From the NCBI GenBank assembly GCA_039630055.1, contig JBCNVN010000001.1, positions 96,001 through 160,000 of the forward strand: a stretch of DNA of 64,000 bases, in the 5' to 3' direction. The position numbers were made by a program, and so were the translations under genes. Positions 60,382 to 64,000 of the stretch are shown one piece after another. Source of the DNA: Candidatus Caldarchaeales archaeon (GTDB taxonomy: Archaea > Thermoproteota > Nitrososphaeria_A > Caldarchaeales > Wolframiiraptoraceae). The notes below the pieces were generated by a model. That model saw only the letters and a list, made by a program, of their open reading frames with translations, had not been told where the DNA came from and did no database searches. The first letter of the stretch is position 1; every line of letters starts with the position of its first letter.

Positions 60382-60931
60382 AAAATCACCTCAACCCATT
60401 ACTCTGTAAGAAATACATCTTCAACCATGTTATAAGCCTTTGTCTATTAAACTTAAATAAACCCCTATTATGCAAAATAGTCTAACCATTATCTATAGTT
60501 TCATCAATAACTTTTCCTGTATTTTCCAAAATAGTCTAGATATAATAGAAAGTGTTTATGATAGAAAAGTTATAGATGTATATCCTCACGATTAGAGATG
60601 CTTATATCTTCGAGACTATCTACTTAGAGGAAGATGAACTTTTCCCTTTCAGCATCTGGGTTGAATCTATTCCCAAGAGATCATAATATATTTAGGAATA
60701 TATATTTAGGTAGGAGATGAAGTAAAGATGCAGTCCTCCTCTTATATTAAGATTTCTATTTATCATCTTCACAAGTATAGTGGGATATTGATATTCATAG
60801 TTAGCAAAACATGAAGATCTCAAAACTAGAAAACTATTTTTTAATCATATTTTAATCGGTTTCCAATTTACTATGTTAGAAAATTTTATGAATAGGTAAT
60901 GATACTTTCGACTACTCGGAGGGATAAATTT

Positions 60932-61075
60932 ATGAAACTCATCTCTGTAAAGATGCCGGAGGCCCTAATAGAAGGGATGGATGAACTGGTTAATCGAGGC
61001 GTATATCCCAGTAGAAGCTCGCTGATGAGGACCGCTGTTAGAGACCTACTTAAGAAAGAATTGTGGAAGCAGTAA
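60932..61075 (+). CDS. Small ribbon-helix-helix (CopG/CdrS-like) protein, 47 aa
   Basis: MKLISVKMPEALIEGMDELVNRGVYPSRSSLMRTAVRDLLKKELWKQ*, preceded by GGAGG. Below the ORF-track size cutoff. Confidence 0.85.
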   Translation: MKLISVKMPEALIEGMDELVNRGVYPSRSSLMRTAVRDLLKKELWKQ

Positions 61076-61084
61076 AGACCTAGA

Positions 61085-61795
61085 CTAACCTCTTCCCCTA
61101 CTTCTTTCTATAAAGGGCATAGATACTACTGTAACTATCCTCCCATAAAAATACTTCATATCTGTAATATACTGTGTAAAAGAGATCTCTTCTACCGAGT
61201 TCGAAGATAGATATCTTATGAAGGGATATTTTGGTGGTTCTCTACTTTCTATGTAGAAGAAGACTGGTAGAGCATTAGCCTCATAATAATCGAAGAATGG
61301 AACAATAATGCCGAGGATATGATCATTTTCTTTACCATGATGCCACACTGGAGGAGAGACCGATGCATCACTTATCATTACGAGCACTCTCATCAATGAA
61401 TTGAGGTCTCTAGCTTTGATCATTAAGGGTTTCTCCATCAACTGTCTCCGTCTACTGATAGCCCTAGCTATGAGTTCAGGCTCCTCCTCGGTCTCAACTA
61501 CTGGGCCATAGAAGTATCTTGTATCATCGGGGCTTGTAGTAAAGAATGCCTCTTCCTTACCTAGACTAGTATAAGCTACATATCCTTTAGGCTCTTCATC
61601 TAGATATGTGTAGGCAAATATTGGTAGATTTCCTCGCCAGTATGGTATGGATGAGAGATGCCCGATTATCTTTCTTTCACCTATTGGAAAAGCCCAGAAG
61701 AGTGGCTGGATATCAGTCCTCGACATACCTAATCTTGCTAGATTTATCAGGTCAGCCACCTGTATCGCTATTGGAGGTTTATGAATCCTCCTCAC
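61085..61795 (-). CDS. Hypothetical protein with internally duplicated ~115-aa domain
   Basis: PIAIQVADLINLARL...LPIFAYT...EEAFFT...RYFYGPVVET aligns with PLMIKARDLNSLMRV...LPVFFYI...EEISFT...KYFYGRIVTV. Confidence 0.7.
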   Translation of the reverse strand: MRRIHKPPIAIQVADLINLARLGMSRTDIQPLFWAFPIGERKIIGHLSSIPYWRGNLPIFAYTYLDEEPKGYVAYTSLGKEEAFFTTSPDDTRYFYGPVVETEEEPELIARAISRRRQLMEKPLMIKARDLNSLMRVLVMISDASVSPPVWHHGKENDHILGIIVPFFDYYEANALPVFFYIESREPPKYPFIRYLSSNSVEEISFTQYITDMKYFYGRIVTVVSMPFIERSRGRG

Positions 61796-61899
61796 ACCTT
61801 TATCCTCATACTATAAAACATAAGGCAATAATATTAATTTTGATCAGATACTTCATTTCTAATCTCAAGGTTTTCTCAAGAACTCTTTAAGATACTGTA

Positions 61900-62343
61900 C
61901 TAAATCTTTCTAACAGAGTTTTTCGCACCACAGATTTCACATAGTATAAACCTAAACCTCTTCTCTGCAATTATCTTAGTATCTAGTCCTCCACAAACAG
62001 GACATTTTACAAACTCTTTAACATAAAGCTCTAAAAGCCTCCTCAATTCTTCATTCAAGATCTTCCCCTGTATCAAGAGCCTCTCTCCTTCTAGTGTCCC
62101 AGGTTTTCCAGACTCTTTGAAGATGAATCTAGCAAGGTGTGAAGGTTCTCTATTTAGTACGTCAGATATCTGTGTAAAGTTGGTTATAATAGTCCTCTTC
62201 GTCTCATGTACTATGATGGGGTTAACTACTAGTATTCTATCACCAATCTTACCTAGAGTTTGTGGAAGATTGGCCATAACATTATCTAAGAGCTTTTCAT
62301 ATCCTTCTCTTGTCTTCGCGAATTTACCCCAGTCTTCAACCAT
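61900..62343 (-). CDS. eif2b: Translation initiation factor aIF-2 beta
   Basis: YE.LLD, TIITNF..I...LNR...H, L..YV.EFV.CPVCG..DT, CEICGA. Confidence 0.93.
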   Translation of the reverse strand: MVEDWGKFAKTREGYEKLLDNVMANLPQTLGKIGDRILVVNPIIVHETKRTIITNFTQISDVLNREPSHLARFIFKESGKPGTLEGERLLIQGKILNEELRRLLELYVKEFVKCPVCGGLDTKIIAEKRFRFILCEICGAKNSVRKI

Positions 62344-62466
62344 TGCTCTACATACACCCGTGAATGGTATACTGAGACTGTAAATTAAACTTTCAGTTGA
62401 ACGAATCTATCTATAACTTGAAATAGGAATGTTAATGAGTAGCTGAAGCCTAATATGATCAAGTGA

Positions 62467-63795
62467 GTGAATGTGGGGATAAGACCCTACTGGATAAAAG
62501 ATCCGAGTATTAGTAGTCTGGGTAAGAAGAAGATATACTGGGCTGAGCGGGAGATGCCTGTCCTAGCATCGATTAGAAAAAGATTCTCTATTGAAGAGCC
62601 TTTAAAGAATCTAAGGATTGGCGCCTGCCTCCACATAACTAAAGAGACAGCTGTACTTGTTAAGACGCTGAGGGATGCTGGTGCAGAGGTTTATCTTTGT
62701 GCATCAAATCCGTTGAGCACTCAAGATGATGTCGCTGCAGCCCTTGTAGATGATGGATTTCACGTATTTGGATGGAGGGGTATGGGTCAGAGAGAATACT
62801 ATGAATCCATAGGATATGTATTAAGGAGTAGACCAAACATAACTATAGATGATGGAGCAGACCTCGTCTCATCCATACATAAAATATACTATGGTAAACT
62901 AACAGATGAAACATCTTTTGTTAAGAGTGTTTTAGGAGATCTATCAATTGAGATGATCTTGAAGAATATTATAGGTGGATGCGAGGAAACCACTACTGGA
63001 GTATACCGTCTTAAATCTTTAGCGAGAGAAGGTGCCCTTCTCTATCCTATCATAGCTGTAAATGATGCTCTTTCCAAGAGCCTCTTTGATAACCCGATCG
63101 GTACAGGACAATCAACTCTAGACGGAGTTATGAGGGCCACGAATATACTTATTGCTGGAAAAGATGTCGTAATAGTAGGATATGGAAGGGTTGGCTCTGG
63201 GATAGCTAACAGATTTAGAGGGCTTGGTGCGAGGGTAACGATTGTAGAAGTAGACCCTATAAATGCTTTGAGAGCCGCTATGGAAGGATTCAATGTAGAA
63301 TCAATGCTTAAGGCCTCGAATCATGGAGATATATTCATAACAGCCACCGGTAATATAAACGTAATCAGAAGAGAACATTTCCAGGTTATGAAGGATGGTG
63401 CAATATTAGCGAATGCTGGACATTTCGATGTAGAGATATGTAAAAAAGATCTGGAAGATTTAAGTGTAAAAGTTGAGAAGCCATCTGATCATATAACTAC
63501 GTATGTGATGAAGGATGGGAGAAGGTTGCATCTACTAGGAGAGGGTAGGCTTGTAAACCTTGCATGTGCCGAGGGCCATCCAAGCACGGTCATGGATATG
63601 TCCTTCAGCCTCCAAGCGCTATCAGCCGAATACATAGCAAGAAACGTTGGAAAACTGCCTAGAGATGTACTGCCTGTACCGAGGGAGATAGATCTCAAGG
63701 TTGCTAAACTTAAACTAGATTCGATGGGGCTGGAATTGGAAGAGATGACCGAGGAACAGAGAATTTACTTAGAGTCTTGGCATATGGGAACATAG
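62467..63795 (+). CDS. ahcY: Adenosylhomocysteinase
   Basis: WA..EMPVL, ACLH.T.ETA, SNPLSTQD, DDGAD, EETTTG, FDN..GTGQS, GYG.VG, NAGHFD.E, GRLVNL..AEGHP. Confidence 0.96.
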   Translation: MNVGIRPYWIKDPSISSLGKKKIYWAEREMPVLASIRKRFSIEEPLKNLRIGACLHITKETAVLVKTLRDAGAEVYLCASNPLSTQDDVAAALVDDGFHVFGWRGMGQREYYESIGYVLRSRPNITIDDGADLVSSIHKIYYGKLTDETSFVKSVLGDLSIEMILKNIIGGCEETTTGVYRLKSLAREGALLYPIIAVNDALSKSLFDNPIGTGQSTLDGVMRATNILIAGKDVVIVGYGRVGSGIANRFRGLGARVTIVEVDPINALRAAMEGFNVESMLKASNHGDIFITATGNINVIRREHFQVMKDGAILANAGHFDVEICKKDLEDLSVKVEKPSDHITTYVMKDGRRLHLLGEGRLVNLACAEGHPSTVMDMSFSLQALSAEYIARNVGKLPRDVLPVPREIDLKVAKLKLDSMGLELEEMTEEQRIYLESWHMGT

Positions 63796-64000
63796 CTACA
63801 TTATTTTTCCAGACTCTTTCTCTCTAATCTGAGCTGAAAGAGCATCAATAATATTTTTCAGCTCATTCTCTCTCCTTACATATTGTTCTAGCCTCTGTTC
63901 ATATGATTGGATTAGCTTCACTATGTTCTCCTTCCTCCTCTCCACGATCTCCCTACCTTCTTGAAGAGTCTTCGTAACTATCACACCTGCACCTATGCTT
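63796..64000 (-). CDS. pfdA: Prefoldin subunit alpha, 3' part (partial)
   Basis: Open frame from the window end: SIGAGVIVTKTLQEGREIVERRKENI followed by a coiled coil, typical of the prefoldin-alpha beta-hairpin and second helix. Confidence 0.75.
   Translation of the reverse strand, partial: SIGAGVIVTKTLQEGREIVERRKENIVKLIQSYEQRLEQYVRRENELKNIIDALSAQIREKESGKIM

Noticed and set aside
60382-60931. Long AT-rich intergenic region as a replication origin
   Set aside because: No ORB-like repeats and no adjacent cdc6/orc1 gene.
1-64000. CRISPR arrays, IS elements, integrases, rRNA
   Set aside because: No regularly spaced repeats, transposase or integrase motifs, partial tRNA att duplications, or rRNA-like GC-rich tracts were seen.

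Overview
A 64-kb stretch of core chromosome from a thermophilic TACK-type archaeon. An Aigarchaeota/Nitrososphaerota-like affinity is my inference from the tail-less P0, the Dph5-DUF357 fusion, archaeal ThrRS and PEPC, and BHB-intron tRNAs. Most genes are housekeeping: rpl1, rpl10, rpl12, alaS, thrS, hflX, NAC, MBF1, psmB, ribK, ribL, dph5, rtcA, nadM, ppcA, malic enzyme, class II HMG-CoA reductase, thermosome, rpoK, aIF2-beta, ahcY and prefoldin. There are five intron-containing tRNAs. Four things stand out. (1) A three-gene cassette sits between rpl1 and rpl10: a CxxC HTH_10 regulator, a palindromic operator, a CuA-less subunit II and a heme-copper subunit I whose helix-VI HPxVY motif reads DLIAD, i.e. 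a gNOR-like enzyme. (2) A 599-aa protein fuses a winged helix and an ATP-cone to a catalytically dead class III ribonucleotide reductase and is a candidate archaeal (d)NTP-sensing regulator. (3) A decaying extracytoplasmic flavin island holds an intact Tat flavoprotein and an apbE pseudogene fused by deletion to a fragment of a second flavoprotein. (4) A near-identical inverted tRNA-Thr pair has introns that record an anticodon switch. No CRISPR array, rRNA, transposase or integrase was seen. All calls come from motif reading by eye; no searches were run.
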